Shown: positions 1-13,883 of the stretch, one piece after another
How the letters are laid out: every line of letters begins with the position of its first letter
Position numbering within the stretch: position 1 is the first letter of the stretch
Assembly: GCA_030248215.1 (NCBI GenBank)
Contig: JASANG010000443.1
Location: 372,001 to 436,000 of the forward strand
Length of the DNA stretch: 64,000 nt
Reading direction: 5' to 3'
Origin: Enoplolaimus lenunculus
Taxonomy: Eukaryota
The notes under the pieces: generated by a model
Databases searched by the model: none
The model's input: only the letters and a program-made list of their open reading frames with translations
Told to the model about the DNA's origin: nothing
Position numbers and translations under genes: made by a program

Positions 1-3000
1 ACCATTAGCGCAGCGCACAAAACCCGCATAGCACAAATACAACGCAAATTGCACTTACAATTGAAATAATTGCAAATTTGCAATAGTCAACGAACGAACA
101 AAAAACGGTACGACTTGTGCAAAAAAGTTACACCATACTAAGGGGATACCACCGTTGACGGATCATTACAAACTGAGCGACACCATACCAACAGGGGGGG
201 TCCAGTGGTGCCTTCATAACATTTGCCTACTACAGACACCGCGTTATTGAATTTATTGCTTACAAATGTGTCCGTTGAAATTGGAAAAAAAGTTCAAAAG
301 TACTCAGATTCGTTTCTAACCTGTCCCAGCCTTTACGGTCCGAGGGGGTACATGACTCCAAAGATGCTTCGACGCGCCTCGTAAGAGTCATTGAAATTGT
401 TTTATTTTGACTATTTACAAGATGTTACTTAAGCTATAATCTATTGCTACACAAATCTTGCTTCCAACGAACGCTAATTGAGTTACGTTGTTGTTTCGAC
501 TGTTTGAATTTATAAATTGTACAAAGTTTTCGTTTTCTCAAGAGACAGAGACGGGGTAAAGATATGTGAGGGGTGGGAAATAGCCAGCTCAATATCCAGG
601 GGTCACAAAAATTTAAATAAATATGCGGGAATTTCATATTTCTATAAAAGTTGAAAGCGAATCTGGAAGACTTGTTTTACATCCTCTGTCTACCGGCCGT
701 ATTAGCGGATATTCGTGTGCTTGATGTCGCCCAACAGTGCCATTGAACCATGTAAATTAATCTAAGCATAATCCCTAAGCGTAATCCTAAACTTAAAAGC
801 ATAATGATTGGCGAAAAGGGGCGGATCCAGAAATTTCTGACAGAGGCCGGGCTTGAAACTGTTATGAAACGCAATTTTCGCTGTGTGCTATCCATTGGCA
901 ACGAAAAATTGTCACGTAGCAACTGTATCATTTTATTACAAAAAAGTTCTGAGGGAAAAAATTGTTTTTACAAACGAAATTTTTGGGGCGGATCGTACGC
1001 CCCCAATGAACCCTTGTGGATCCGCTAATTAATGGCGGATCCACGGGGGGCCCACCCCGGCCGTGGCCCCCCAACAACATCTCGACAAAAATTACATTGG
1101 GACTCAAAATGGGGACCCCCCTTTTATTTCGGTCACTACAGTATGGGTCAAAAATAAGTTTATTACCTGTGAAATTTTGCCCGCACCCCCATTTTGAGAT
1201 CCTGGATCCGCCACTGCCGCTAATGGCCTCCGGAACTATCCACACAGCTGGCAAATTTCCACAAAACAATCTGCTCAAAAAGAAAATCCGTATACTAATT
1301 CAACTAAACCCAATACAACCCATTCAGGTCCGTAGCCAGCTCACCTAGCTAGGGTGGCTAAGTCATTTTCACAATGGGCATTTAAGGGTTTTTAATGACT
1401 TCCAAGCCAAGTTGAAAATTTTCTAGGTTAGCCAAAATTTTTCCAGGCGGGGGCTGCGCCCTTCTCCCCTGGCCCCCTTGGCTACGGGCACGCAATGATT
1501 GTATTAAAAATACCATAGAATTTTTACATTTTTCAACCTATACAACAAATGCATTTGATTGTGAAAATATTTGCCCTTAGAGTCAAAATTTACAATAAGC
1601 TTTTCAATATAAATTTCCACTGTTGGACTGGGGGTGGCGTTTGCAAAGAAATGGGGCAAAGCGGTCATGGGTGTGGCTCATAATAGGTTTTCAGACATCT
1701 TTTATAGTTATCGGGGCCATACAGAATCATGGACGGTACCTAAAAAACAATGCCCCTGCGGCACAACATAGCCAGGATCCGAACACAGCAAAGTAACTTT
1801 GTTACATTATCGTAGGCAAAATGTCGCGTGGCTCGATATGATAAAAACGGTATCGTACGCCCAGGTAATTGCTTAAGGTACTTAAATTTTGAAGTTTGGT
1901 GTATTTTGCTGGCCTCGGCTCCGGTACTCGGGTCCCGGCCTCGGATAAAATCCTGGCCTCTGATGTTGTGATTCGGATTTAAATATATATTCCTCTCATT
2001 TTTTAAATTGTCCAAGTAAACAAAATTTCCAAATATGCAATTTAACTTGCAGAGTATAACAATAAACCAACATTTAAAAATATTTTGAACTGCAGTTATG
2101 CAGTCAATGACTAATGTAAATGAATTTTGAAATATGTTTTTAACATTATACCTGTTCCGGCCCCTGTCGGCATAGATGGTTAAAGCTACAGTCAAAAACA
2201 GGGGCGGATCCAGAGCACAAGGGGTCCAACCACCTCTACCGTTCCGACATTATTGCTGCTCTGTCTTTCGCAGTATAATAATCTTACATCTGCCATTATA
2301 TGGGATTCTGAAATTAAACTGTGAACCATTTTGAAAAACCGTACGCGTCGGAACGTTTTTCTGTGGGACTGCAATAGTGTAAGCTCATGCTTTAGACTAA
2401 TTTATTATACATTGGCCATTATGCGGCATCCGAACCTAGAACGGTGAACCGTTTTGAAAAATTATATGCGTCGGAACGTTTTTCCGCAGGACTGCAATAA
2501 TATAAGCTTAAGCTTTAAACTAATTATTTATTTACACCCAGGCTTAAGCTTAGGTATTAGCTCATCATATTTACGCTCAACCATTGGTTTACGAATATCC
2601 TTATACTAGTGTGCCGGCCCTGTTCTATACATTGGCCCATTTTTCGAATACAAAATTTTCTACTGAAACTCCTGCTTAGGCCATAAAACATTTCGCCTTG
2701 AACAATCACCAACAAAAAAGATATTTCGAAAATAAACACGGAAATTTTGCGTATTTATTATTCGCTGGTTTTTTCATTGGTGCTTAAACCAGGTACAGAT
2801 CAGAAATTGTGCCTGAGATGGGAAATATGTTATTCGTTTGGGCTGGCTATAAAAATGCCAATGAACGCTGCGTTACAGCTAAGTGTTGTGGAACCAATTT
2901 CGGCCCATGTATAGAACATGGCAGGAACAGTAGTATAAACATATTACTAAGTCAAATCCTAAGCGTAAGGATGAACCTATTCCTAAGTCTAAACATAAAA

Positions 3001-4180
3001 TTTAGTCCAAAGCTTGAACTGACTCTATTACAGCCCCAGCAGAAAACGATCATGGGGCCCCAATTCATACAGCGCCCGTTACTATAAACTTCAGCATAAA
3101 ATGGGCTTATAAGTAACCCTAAGCCTAAGCAAAAGTGATAGCCTGAATCCGAGCCAGGAATGGGCGGAGACCAAATATGAAAAGTCTTGGTATCGGTCAA
3201 CGTTTGGTTATCACCGAAAAAATAAAATTTTCAAAATAATTGATTTCTAATGCTTTTTTCGTAGTTCCTTTATGTTTTTTCATATTTTATTCCAGTGACT
3301 TCAGAATCAGAGGTGTAAGCGGGTAAAGTTTTACCGCGCTGCGCTTTACCATTTTATTTTTTTACCCGCGGCTATACCCGCGCAGTGTTCCCTTACCCAC
3401 TACCCGCCTTTACCCGCTCTTATTTTGTCTTCTGTGTTCAATACAATTGTATAATATTACAGTGTATAGATGTTAGTCACTCGATTTTTGTTACAAAAAC
3501 TCTAGCGCACTGAAGCCTTTTTAGCTTCAGTACGCTGCACTCTGATGCTTTTCTCAGGTGAGAACTTAAACATTCCGTCGAATTTACGGGTGCTATATCT
3601 CCCTCGTTCTATTAATTCCATATTAAACTAATCAAATGCAAGTTGAAAACAATCAAAATAATAACACGCCAATCAGTGATCTAAACCAAGGGTGCGAGGG
3701 TGGTTCAACCCCCCCTGCAAAACTTTTGGCCCACCTAGGAGAAAATTTGCAGCATTGCTTGTCATTGAAAACAGTTGTACGTCTCTCCTGAATTATTTTT
3801 AGCCCTCTTCCCCTAGCAAGGTGAGCTGACTACGGGCCTGCAGCCATTGGGCCAACCTCGCCTCACTCGCCTTCTAAAATGAGCCATACACAGAGCACAT
3901 TAGACTCGCGTACAATTTCTATATTTAATATCAAACCAGACAGAAACTTACTACTTTGAGATGAGTAAATGTAATGAGCTGGCGAATCTGTTATGATGGA
4001 CGCCAACAGATCCCGAGGCAGGACGAACGCTCCTCGTCAGAAATTTGTTGTGATAAAATGATAATGTCCGTCAGTCAGAGATTTTTGGATCCACAGAATG
4101 GGGGGTGTCCATACGTACCCCACCTGGTTACGAAAAAGATCTGCCGCCAGGTTTCATTCCTGGTTAAATTACTTCTAATT

Positions 4181-4345
4181 CAGGCCCGTAGCCAGCTCAC
4201 CATGCTAAGGGGGAGCTAATAATTTTTCAGAAGGAGCATTCAAGCGTTTTCAATGAACTACAAGCAAAGATTGAAAACTTTCTAGAGGGGCAAATTTTTC
4301 CAGCGGGGGGTTGAGACCCCCAGGCCCCAGTTGGCTACGAGTCCG
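4181..4345. mobile_element. hAT-like MITE (CAGGCCCGTAGCCAG family; also ~1325, 3690, 37782, 61085, 61594)
   Basis: Perfect 8-bp TSD TTCTAATT. The copy at 61085-61250 has TSD CTTACGCT/CTTATGCT and is nested in a telomere-repeat MITE. Confidence 0.8.
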
Positions 4346-4602
4346 TTCTAATTGTCTATTTATTTAAGCTTAACTAACAATACTTGCCGACTACTATGGT
4401 GTAGTGGTCGTACTAGGTATAGGATGTTTGCATTTGAATTGAAATATACTTTAAGCGGACACAATCGCGTTTATCAGAACCCAAACCGGTGGGTCAGATC
4501 CAGGGAATAGCGTCGGTAGGGATATTGTCGGTATATGTGCACGGTAAAGTGTAGGTAAGGCAAATCAATTGCCATACATGTGTACATATATCAGTATAAG
4601 AT

Positions 4603-4680
4603 GCTACTGCAATGACCAAATGGTAGCATGCTTGACTCGAGTGCCAAAGGGCCGAGGTTCGATTCCCGGCGCCGTCCTTA
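4603..4680 (+). mobile_element. Degenerate tRNA-like head (SINE/pseudo-tRNA)
   Basis: A-box-like TGACCAAATGG and B-box GGTTCGATTCC at tRNA spacing. The acceptor stem is poor and the boundaries are unclear. Confidence 0.5.
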
Positions 4681-7600
4681 ATTTTGGGCAAAACTAAGGT
4701 TCGTGAAGACCGTTCAAGTCTAACACACATATAAGGGAAGATGCTGATTTTTTTGGCATTGTTTCGTATATACACATATGTCATGATGCAACCGGATATC
4801 CGCCTCCGGCGAAAAATGGACATCCGGCTCCGGTATTTTATCTTGCCAGATATTATTTTTTTAAAAATTTTATACCATCATTCGTGTTGATGCCAAGTAC
4901 CATCGGACTGACTGACTTACATTTACATATTTTTTTCTGTGTTACACATGTAATGTAGATTTTTTAATGTGCTGGGTGACAATAACGCTGAAAAATCAGC
5001 AGCACATTTCTATTATTCCTAAGGCAAAGCCTAAATTCAGCGTAAAAATGAGTCTAAATAAGTAAGCAAAAATAATAGCTTGTTTCCGAGCCAGGGATAC
5101 GCGGATACCGGAAATGAAAAATCTCAGTGTCGGTCAACTTTTGGTCATCACCGAAAAACATAAAATTTTATAAAAAAATTATTTCTAGAGTCGGTTCCAA
5201 ACCAACGAGTCTCATGAAACCGAAACTTGCCAAATACAGAAACTTGTTGAGACTGAGACCCTGACTCCCATCCACGATCTTAGTCACCTTTAACCTACAG
5301 GAAAGCGGATTCCCTTAAACGGAACATGAGCCAAGTGAATATTGCAAGTGAACGCAACGCTACAAAAACCAAGTTTGGTATAATAGGGGTCGTTGTTGAA
5401 GTGTTAAAAATGCATCGGTATGAGTTGTTAAACTTTGTCACGTAACCACTTTGGGTACCTTAAGCCACGGATGGGAAATTTATAAGCAACGTTCTGATAT
5501 CTGAACTCAATCTAGTATCAAATGTTAATTCATTACCCGGCTCCGGCGGGAAACTAGATTATCCGACTCGGCTCCGTCAGCTTTTGGTATCCGGTTACAC
5601 CCTGATATATATAAATATATATGTATATATATGTATATATATGACTCCAAATGTATTTTCTGGCCAAATAAATCAAAACTTTTCGGTGGTTACAACATAA
5701 ACTGAAACTATTTGTGCTTTCGGCACAATTGGTCAATCTTAAAATATGGAAAAACTTGCTACAAACCACAACAGTTTAAAACTGTAGTAAACAGTATCCT
5801 CCCGCGCGCCAGAAACAATCTTACATCCGTCAGCGATTCTCGCATTCAGTTGAATACCGGCGGATCGAGAAATTTGCCGACAAACGCAGCCGAGTTGGTT
5901 CAAGTTATGAAACGCAATTTTACCTGTTACACTTTTACCTGTTCAATATTCAAACATAACTCAATAAAAAGCAAAAAAACAACATAATATTAAACCACAA
6001 ACAAAAATAATAACAGCAAACAGTAAAATATTCCTAAACGATGAACGATGCATACAAATTTAGAAAATTCATTTCTAAACTATTCTGTATAAATTTAAAC
6101 GCAACACACACACAGTCCTATTTTAGTCAACCGCATAGACAGTGGTTTCATTTCAGCTAAGGCATTTCTCAATTCAAAATTTCAACGAAACATTCCAAAT
6201 CAACAAATTCAAACTGAACTCTCTCAGGTTTAATATTCTGTACCCGATTAAATTTCTCTCACCCTCACAAAATTACGGCGACAATGTCCTCCCGTTATTG
6301 GTTTCACCCCTGAGTTTAGGCGGCTACGTATAGTACAGGTATAATGTGTAAAATTTGACGTATATATGAGCAGACTTAATAGGGGGGTGCAGACCCTGGA
6401 ATCAATTGATATTTGTCCAATGAAGGAACTGACTTAAGTGAATCCTGGCGAGCGAGTAACTAACTTTATTTTAAAAAGTAATATCCGGCGTTTGGGCTGG
6501 GGGGTCGATCCCATATTATCACCTGCTCTGAACGTCAACGGACGTCTCGTATATAAATGCAAACATATATGCATTTGCGCAAAACAGCCTATACAGTATA
6601 AATATTTGAACGCTAAATTCAATATATGTAGTACATAAACGAGTAGAACGGCCAAAGCTTCGAGTAAAGTTTACGTACTTTGGAGCGATTTGAGTGAATC
6701 GTAGGCAAAAACGTTAGTTTGAACAAAACTTAAAGCACTCAAGGCACACACACAGTTGTCAATTTTTAAAATATGCGTTTAAAAACTGAAAAATTGGAAA
6801 TATTTTAAAATTGTATTTTTGTAATTTTTGATTTTTATAGCAAAAATTTGTCACATTTTTGAAATGTTTTCAACTTTGATATATTTTGTAAACTATTTTA
6901 AGAATTTTAGACATTTTATACTTTGAAAACAGTAACAGTTTCAAAAATAATTGTTTACTAAATATTTGAAATTTTCTTCCAATGTATAGAATAGGGCCGT
7001 AAAACAGTAGTATAAGCATATTTTATAAAAGCCTAAGAATAAGCGTAAGAATAAGCTTATAATATTAGATATACATAAAATTGTAAGGTAGAAACCTTAT
7101 CATTTTATCACCAAAAAATGTTGTGAGGTTAAAAATTGTAAAGTAGGAGGGACCTTGTTATTTTACCACAAAAAATTCTGAGGGAAAATTTAAGGACTGT
7201 ATTTTTGTTTTACAAAACATTTTTATGAGGGCAAAAATTGCTAGTGCATTCATGGGATGCTGTTGATATACAAAGGATTTCGATGACATGTTGAAAATTT
7301 TCTAAAGGGTCCAAAATTTTTATTTGGGAATCTGAGCCTCCTGCTTCTTTCCTCGGTAACGGGTCCAAGTGTTTACCCCGCAGCTAGTATGCGTTTAATA
7401 GATACTACGTCACAATTGACAATACCAACTCCAGAAAATTCGACCAAGGTCAAAAACTAAAATAGTTTCTCGTCTAAAACTCAATACCATTTCCATAGTT
7501 TGAACTTTCAGTTCAGCAAACACTCAAACTAAAATATATAGAATGTACGCCACACGAAAGTAATTGCAGTGCAATTTTATATTGCAGTGCAATTTTATAT

Positions 7601-7727
7601 TGCAGTATGCAAACTTTACATACAGATATTGCAGCGGTGACAAATTCAGCAAATTCACAACGCTTAAGAGCGTTAAATATTCAGTAGAATGTTATCAACT
7701 GTGGCGTCTAAATTTGACTCTAAACGT

Positions 7728-7925
7728 GGCCCATGTACAGAACAGGGCCAGAACAGTAGTATAAGCATATTCCCAAGCCTCTGCCTAAGCCTAAGCGTTT
7801 GGATGAGCCTATCCCTAAGCCTAAGCGATAAGCTTAAACCTAAGCAAAAAATTAGTCTAAAGCTTAAACTGACTCTATTATAGCCCCTCCGGGTAAACGA
7901 TGCGGCCCTGTTCTATACATGGGCC
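7728..7925. mobile_element. GGCC-ended telomere-repeat MITE, subfamily A
   Basis: Terminal inverted repeats (TIRs) GGCCCATGTACAGAACAGGGCC / GGCCCTGTTCTATACATGGGCC, internal GCCTAA units and a perfect 8-bp TSD CTAAACGT. An empty paralogous site is at ~8930-8980. Confidence 0.9.
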
Positions 7926-8627
7926 CTAAACGTTATCTGAGGGTTAAAATATATTATTGAATGGTACATATTATTCGTTCCCAGTCCAAAGCTTAAACTG
8001 ACTCTATTATAGCCCCTCCGGGAAAACGATGCGGTCCTGTTCTATACATGGGCCATAAACGTTATCTGAGGGTTAAAATATATTATTGAATGGTACATAT
8101 TATTCGTTCCCAGTCCAAAGCTTAAACTGACTCTATTATAGCCCCTCCGGGAAAACGATGCGGTCCTGTTCTATACATGGGCCATAAACGTTATCTGAGG
8201 GTTAAAATATATTATTGAATGGTACATATTATTCGTTCCCAGTCCAAAGCTTAAACTGACTCTATTATAGCCCCTCCGGGAAAACGATGCGGTCCTGTTC
8301 TATACATGGGCCAAAAACGGTATATGAGGGTTAAAAATATATTATTGAATGGTACATATTCTTGTTCCCAGTCCAAAGCTTAAACTGACTCTATTATAGC
8401 CCCTCCGGGAAAACGATGCGGTCCTGTTCTATACATGGGCCATAAACGTTATCTGAGGGTTAAAATATATTATTGAATGGTACATATTATTCGTTCCCAG
8501 TCCAAAGCTTAAACTGACTCTATTATAGCCCCTCCGGGAAAACGATGCGGCCCTGTTCTATACATGGGCCATAAACGTTATCTGAGGGTTGAAATATATT
8601 ATTGAATGGTACATATTATCCGTTCCC
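7854..8627. repeat. 129-bp tandem array, 6 units, made of a MITE right end plus flank
   Basis: Units start at 7854, 7983, 8112, 8241, 8370 and 8499 and are near-identical. Confidence 0.95.
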
Positions 8628-9311
8628 TGTTAAAGCGATGTGGAACACTTATTTCCTAGGGTCAGAACGACACCATGACCCTCCTTGTCTTCTGGGTGGG
8701 TCGTTGCAGATTGACACCCATGTAAAGAGCAGGACGCGGAACGTTTTTCTGTGGGACTAGAAACGATTAAACTTAAGTTTTTGGACTAGTTATTTGGCTT
8801 GGCTTAGGCTTAGGCGTAGGCTTAGGAATATGATCATTCTTACGCTTAGGCTTACGGTAGGCTTAGGAGTAGGAATATGCATATAATACTGTTCCGCCCC
8901 GGTTTTTTACATTGGCTCATATTGATAACAATGTTATCAACGGTGGTGTCTAAGTTTGACCCTAAACGTTATCTGAGGGCCAAAAGGCCAATGTTACTTT
9001 TAGGGCCGTAACAGCAGTTTAAGCGTATACTTAAGCCTAAGCGTTGCAAAAGTGTGTTCGTAAGCCTAAGGCTCAGCCTAAGCAAAACAATGTAATCTAG
9101 GATCTAAACCGACTCTTTTATAGACCCACCAGAAACCTGAACATCCCTCAAAGTAAACATGGACCCAATACCAATATCAGCAGTTGAGTATATTATCGCT
9201 TATTTTCGGACCAAAGGTGTACAGTAAGGCTTTGAGCGAATTCAACATTTTTGAAAATACATTAAATTATTACTTATAAGCAATGCAAAAATTAATTTCG
9301 ACATTCATCAA

Positions 9312-9569
9312 TGTAAGCATGTGAGACATGATGGTCCGTTATGTGCACATGCAATGTAGCGCAGTGCACTGTATGTATGCTAGGTGTCAGCATACGGTCG
9401 ACACATATAGTCGACGAAAAATGCAGCTGGACAGGCGGGCTGCGTGGCGCAGTGGTTGAATGTTCGGTTAAGGATCCGTAGACTGAGAGTTCGATTCCCG
9501 CTCCGGAGGTCCGTTTTTTCAGCTGCTTAGTAAAAAGGTCTGAAGTCCCGGTTCCTACCTAGACTGACA
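9312..9569 (+). mobile_element. Solo-LTR-like element (TGT...ACA) with an internal tRNA-like Pol III module
   Basis: Begins TGTAAGC and ends GACTGACA; flanks ATCAA/ACCAA (4/5 match). A-box TGGCGCAGTGG at 9445, B-box AGTTCGATTCC at 9488, T6 run at ~9514. Confidence 0.75.
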
Positions 9570-12495
9570 ACCAACCTTATCAGGTAGTTCTATAGCTGCG
9601 TTCGTGCATTATTTTGAATCATTCAACAATATCTATATTTTGGCAATTTTTTTCGCCTCAAAGTCGAACGATGCCTAGGCCTTTCTAAAACTACTCAGTC
9701 ATTTGCAGTGCCGGGAGCAAACACGGATGGCGGCTACCCCCAAACTCCAAGGCGTGGGAGCCCAAACTCGCGAGCGAGACGCCAGACGGATTTTAAAACT
9801 TCGGCGGTTGTTATTTCAACCGGTTAAGGCAGGAAGCTCCCGTAAATGGGGCGTATGGGTGAGAGGCTGTTTCGGCCCTGGTAATTTGCCTAAAATTAGC
9901 TGTAACAAAACGCTAAAAAGTCTTCGAACCGAAAAGACTAACCATAAACCTCAAATGTTGTGATGAAATAGCCATCATCATTGTGAAGTATAGTGCAATC
10001 AAGAAGAGCGATTTGTTGTCATGACAACATATATGCAGATATACACAGGTTTATGTGTGTACACCCTCGACATATAATGTAAATACATAGGGGATATATA
10101 TTATATATACATATATCTTATATGTATGATACGTATATATCTACGATATAAGATATTCATAAATATATCAGGGTGCGACCGGATATACGGCTCCGGTTCC
10201 GGTTGTTTAGCTTGCCGGATATTATTTTTAAAAAAACTTCAAATATATATTAAATAAATAAATATATATATACATATATACATATACATATATATACATA
10301 TATATTATATATATTATATTTATGTATATATGTATATAACTATTTGATTGAGTGACAAAAATGGGAAGTTTAGGTGGCTTGGAACGATATTTAATCTGCA
10401 ACATTATTCCAAGGGCCAAAAATGTGTCCCATAACAGAAGTGAGGTTCAGCTTGTGTTATAAAATTCCAACATACCATTACCCTGTATTAGTTTGGCTTC
10501 ACCGCGGTTCCGGTATTTTTTACCGTCAGCTGCACCTACCTATATTATACATTATACATTATATTGCAAATTTTGACGGGGTTTCGAAAAACATTTATGG
10601 GTGCAATTAGTGGATGCAGAGGCGGAAGCCTGAGGGCGGGGCTGGGCGTACACTTCCGGTCAGGAATTTTTTTGTAATAAAATGGTAACGTTTTTTATAT
10701 TTATAATTGTCCACCTCAGACAGTTGGCTACGAGAGCCAGATATTAATTATCAGCATTGGGCCGTGGACAGGGTACACAAATGAAGTAAAATTCAAAAAT
10801 TGCAAAAAAGGAAACAGAATACAAGAATGACAAAATTGTAAATATAAAAATAAATAATTTCCGCTGCGTCACAAAGCAGGGGAAGGGGGTCTCCTTGTCT
10901 ACATTTTCACGCCCCCCACGGCGAAGCACATTAAAATAGTGTATCTATATGTAAAAATCAGAGGCGGAAAATTTTTCCGGGGGCCTGCAATAGAGTAAGC
11001 TTAAGCTATACGCTAAGCTCGTTGTCTTAGGCTTAAGCTTAGGTTTAGGCTTAGAAATATGCTTATACTACTTAGGCAAATATTCTAGCCCCTTATGTAA
11101 ACCAAAAGCTTCTGACGGGGGACGAGCTGGCAAACGTAATGAAACGCAAAAATTGCAAGGTAGGGACCTTATCATTTTATCACCAAAAAAATTATCTGAG
11201 GGCGAAAAATTGTAAGGTCGGAGGGACCTCACCATTTTATCACAGATAATGTTGCGGGACAAATTGTGAAAAATTGTAACGTGGGGACCTTACCCTTTTA
11301 ACAGCAAAATTTCTGATGGGGGGGAGCGTACGGCCCCCGCTCGCCGCGCCCCCTCTGGATCCGCTTGTGAATGTAACTGTCCCATTCCAATACGAATAAT
11401 TGAGTGGGTGCACGCCTGAAATTCCGGACAAATATTGTTTTCGGTATTCGTCATCGACCAATGTAAAATTAAATTTCAAAAATGTTTTGTGAGAAAATTT
11501 TTACTTAAATTGACAATTTCTCAAATTGTAAGAAATAAAATAAAATTCTTCACCGAAGGTTAAAATTTGTGTCACACGCGAGCAGTGCCAGTTGACATTT
11601 TCTCATTTTGAGAAACAAAATAATTGTTTTTCTTCTTTGCAATTTAAGAGTATTCTACGATCAAGGACGCACAACAGTGTACAGTGTATAATTGCAGAGG
11701 ACTGCAGTGATGTCTGCTTGCAGCGTCGTAGATACGTGCACAATGCATGCAGTTGCAATAGTTTCGGGCCATAGGATAGAAAATTGTCTGCTGAAACAAG
11801 GCGAAAGAAATGGTGACGGAATATTGGCGATTTTGAAAAAAACAAACCTACAACGAATAAACCAAAAGGACAGTGCCTGACTTTTAGAGACGTACTGCCT
11901 TGTCGCTGGTCAGCAATAAATTTCTTAGAAGCTTGACCCAATGTATAGAACAGTGTCGTACCAGTAGTATAAACATATTCCGAAGCCTAAGCGTAACCGT
12001 GAGTTTATACCTATTAAGTCTAGCATAAGCAAAAATACATCAAAAGCTTAAGTGTACTCTATGACAGTCCCGCAGAAACATGTTCCGCCCCTGATCGTCA
12101 CATGGGCCGAATCTTGTTTCTTGATCGGGTTCCAAACTCCAAAGAATACTCGATCTATCCGGCCGAAGTCTCGGGTATAAACTCATAACGGGACATAAAT
12201 TTACCCAGGTTCACAGCTCAGCATTCCAAAGGATGGCGTGAACAATTGTAGGAAGATATATGGAAATTTCAAGCGACTGACAAGTGAACTAAAACTTTTC
12301 TAGGTGGGTCACAATATTTTTACGGATGCGAGTCCTTCTTGACCCGATCCGTCTTTGGTTACAAGTCCAAGTATGCCCTTGAGTCCGGGTATGCCCCTAA
12401 ATCAGTTGATCCTTACTTATTGTCAAAAACTAAAGGCGTATTTGCTTTATATACCATATACTTGCTGCATATTCTTACAAAGTCCAAAATTCTCA

Positions 12496-12704
12496 CACTG
12501 CAAAAAATGGTGAGTCAAATTGACTCTCTCCGAAACAGGCTCCATGGGACTACACAAACTGAGTCAAATCCGACTCCGCCAGAGTCAAATTCGACTCACT
12601 AAATCGCACGTTTGACTCTGGCAGAGTTGAATTTGACTCAGTTTGTGTAATCCTGTAGAGCCTATTTCGGAGAGAGTCAATTTGACTCACCATTTTGTGT
12701 AGTG
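12496..12704. mobile_element. Palindromic CACTG...CAGTG MITE family C (other copies 13938-14152, 22052-22211, 41318-41515, 46071-46257, 53116-53326, 56499-56693)
   Basis: Long TIR CACTGCAAAAAATGGTGAGTCAAATTGACTCTCTCCGAAA with internal GAGTC/GACTC repeats. The 2-bp TSD is CA here and TA in most other copies, consistent with CACTA/CMC type. Confidence 0.85.
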
Positions 12705-13883
12705 CACAAAGTGCAATATACGATTCTTAAAAACAAAAATAATCGTTGCGTTTTAGAAATATCGCTCAGTCGGAACTAATTGCTTAAAATGCAAATTAAA
12801 CAATTTTGCATTCCGCCTTCAAAAAACTGCAAACGTTTCCAAAATTAACTGAAAGAAAACAAACAAATCACAAAATATAAAAGCAATGTCACGGCTGTGA
12901 AATCACGAGCTGAGTGAGGTTTATAGCTTCATCAAAAAATAAATTCCTAAAATCACTCATTTTGAGAATTTAAGCAAAAAATTTTTTTTTACTCAAATGT
13001 CTCAAATTCGTTGAAATTGATTCTGAAATCATAAATGCTACTGTGGCGATAACGTGATAATATGTGATAGGGGGTGGTCCATGTTACTTCTAAAGGGCGT
13101 CCAGGTTTCTGATGGGTCTATAATAAATCAGGTTTAGATTCTAGATTTTATTTTTTGCTTAGGCTTGGGCTTAGGCTTCGGCTTAGGAACTTTGTTGCAA
13201 CGCTTAGGCTTAGTCTTAGGCTTAGGAATACGCTTAATCTACTGTTACGCCCCTAAACATCAATCAAAACGGAAATAACAGCAGATCCGGTGTCTGAGAA
13301 AATCATCGTGGGAAAAATTTACGCTCCCAAGTGTCGTTTTTAAAATAATCATCAGCGAGAAAATTTGGCCAAATGTTGAAAATTTACTTTATAATTAAAT
13401 TTTTTCGCAAGTTTTACAAAATACTTTTGATCATTTTGAGAACAAATTTATTATGAAAATCTGTTTACGAAAAAGTTTAGACAAAACCAGCAAGTGTAAC
13501 TATTAAACGTACTGGTAGGTTAATACGTTTCAAAGTTTGCAGTCAGAAAAAAACGCAATTTTCTTCTAAATTATAGACTTTAGTGCTGAGAAAATTGGCC
13601 CAACTAAAGATCAGTGGCGGAACGTTTTTCTACAAGACTGCAATAAAGAAGCTAAATCTTTAGACTATTTTTGTTGCTTTTTTCTAAGGTCTAAGCTCAT
13701 TCTTACGCTTAGACTTAGGCTTAGGCTTAGGAATATGGTCATACTACATAATGGCCAAGAAGTTTAAAGTCACCTGTTTGCACAATAAAGTTTTTCAGAA
13801 GCCCTTGAAGCGATTAGCTCAAGACACTGCACGAAGTTGCATCGGAACACCATTTGAACTTTTAGGCTTAATATGTTACCTAT

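Noticed and set aside
7854..8627. CRISPR-like repeat-spacer array
   Set aside because: The would-be spacers are identical, the context is eukaryotic and there are no cas genes. The same applies to the 25-, 27- and 30-bp arrays.
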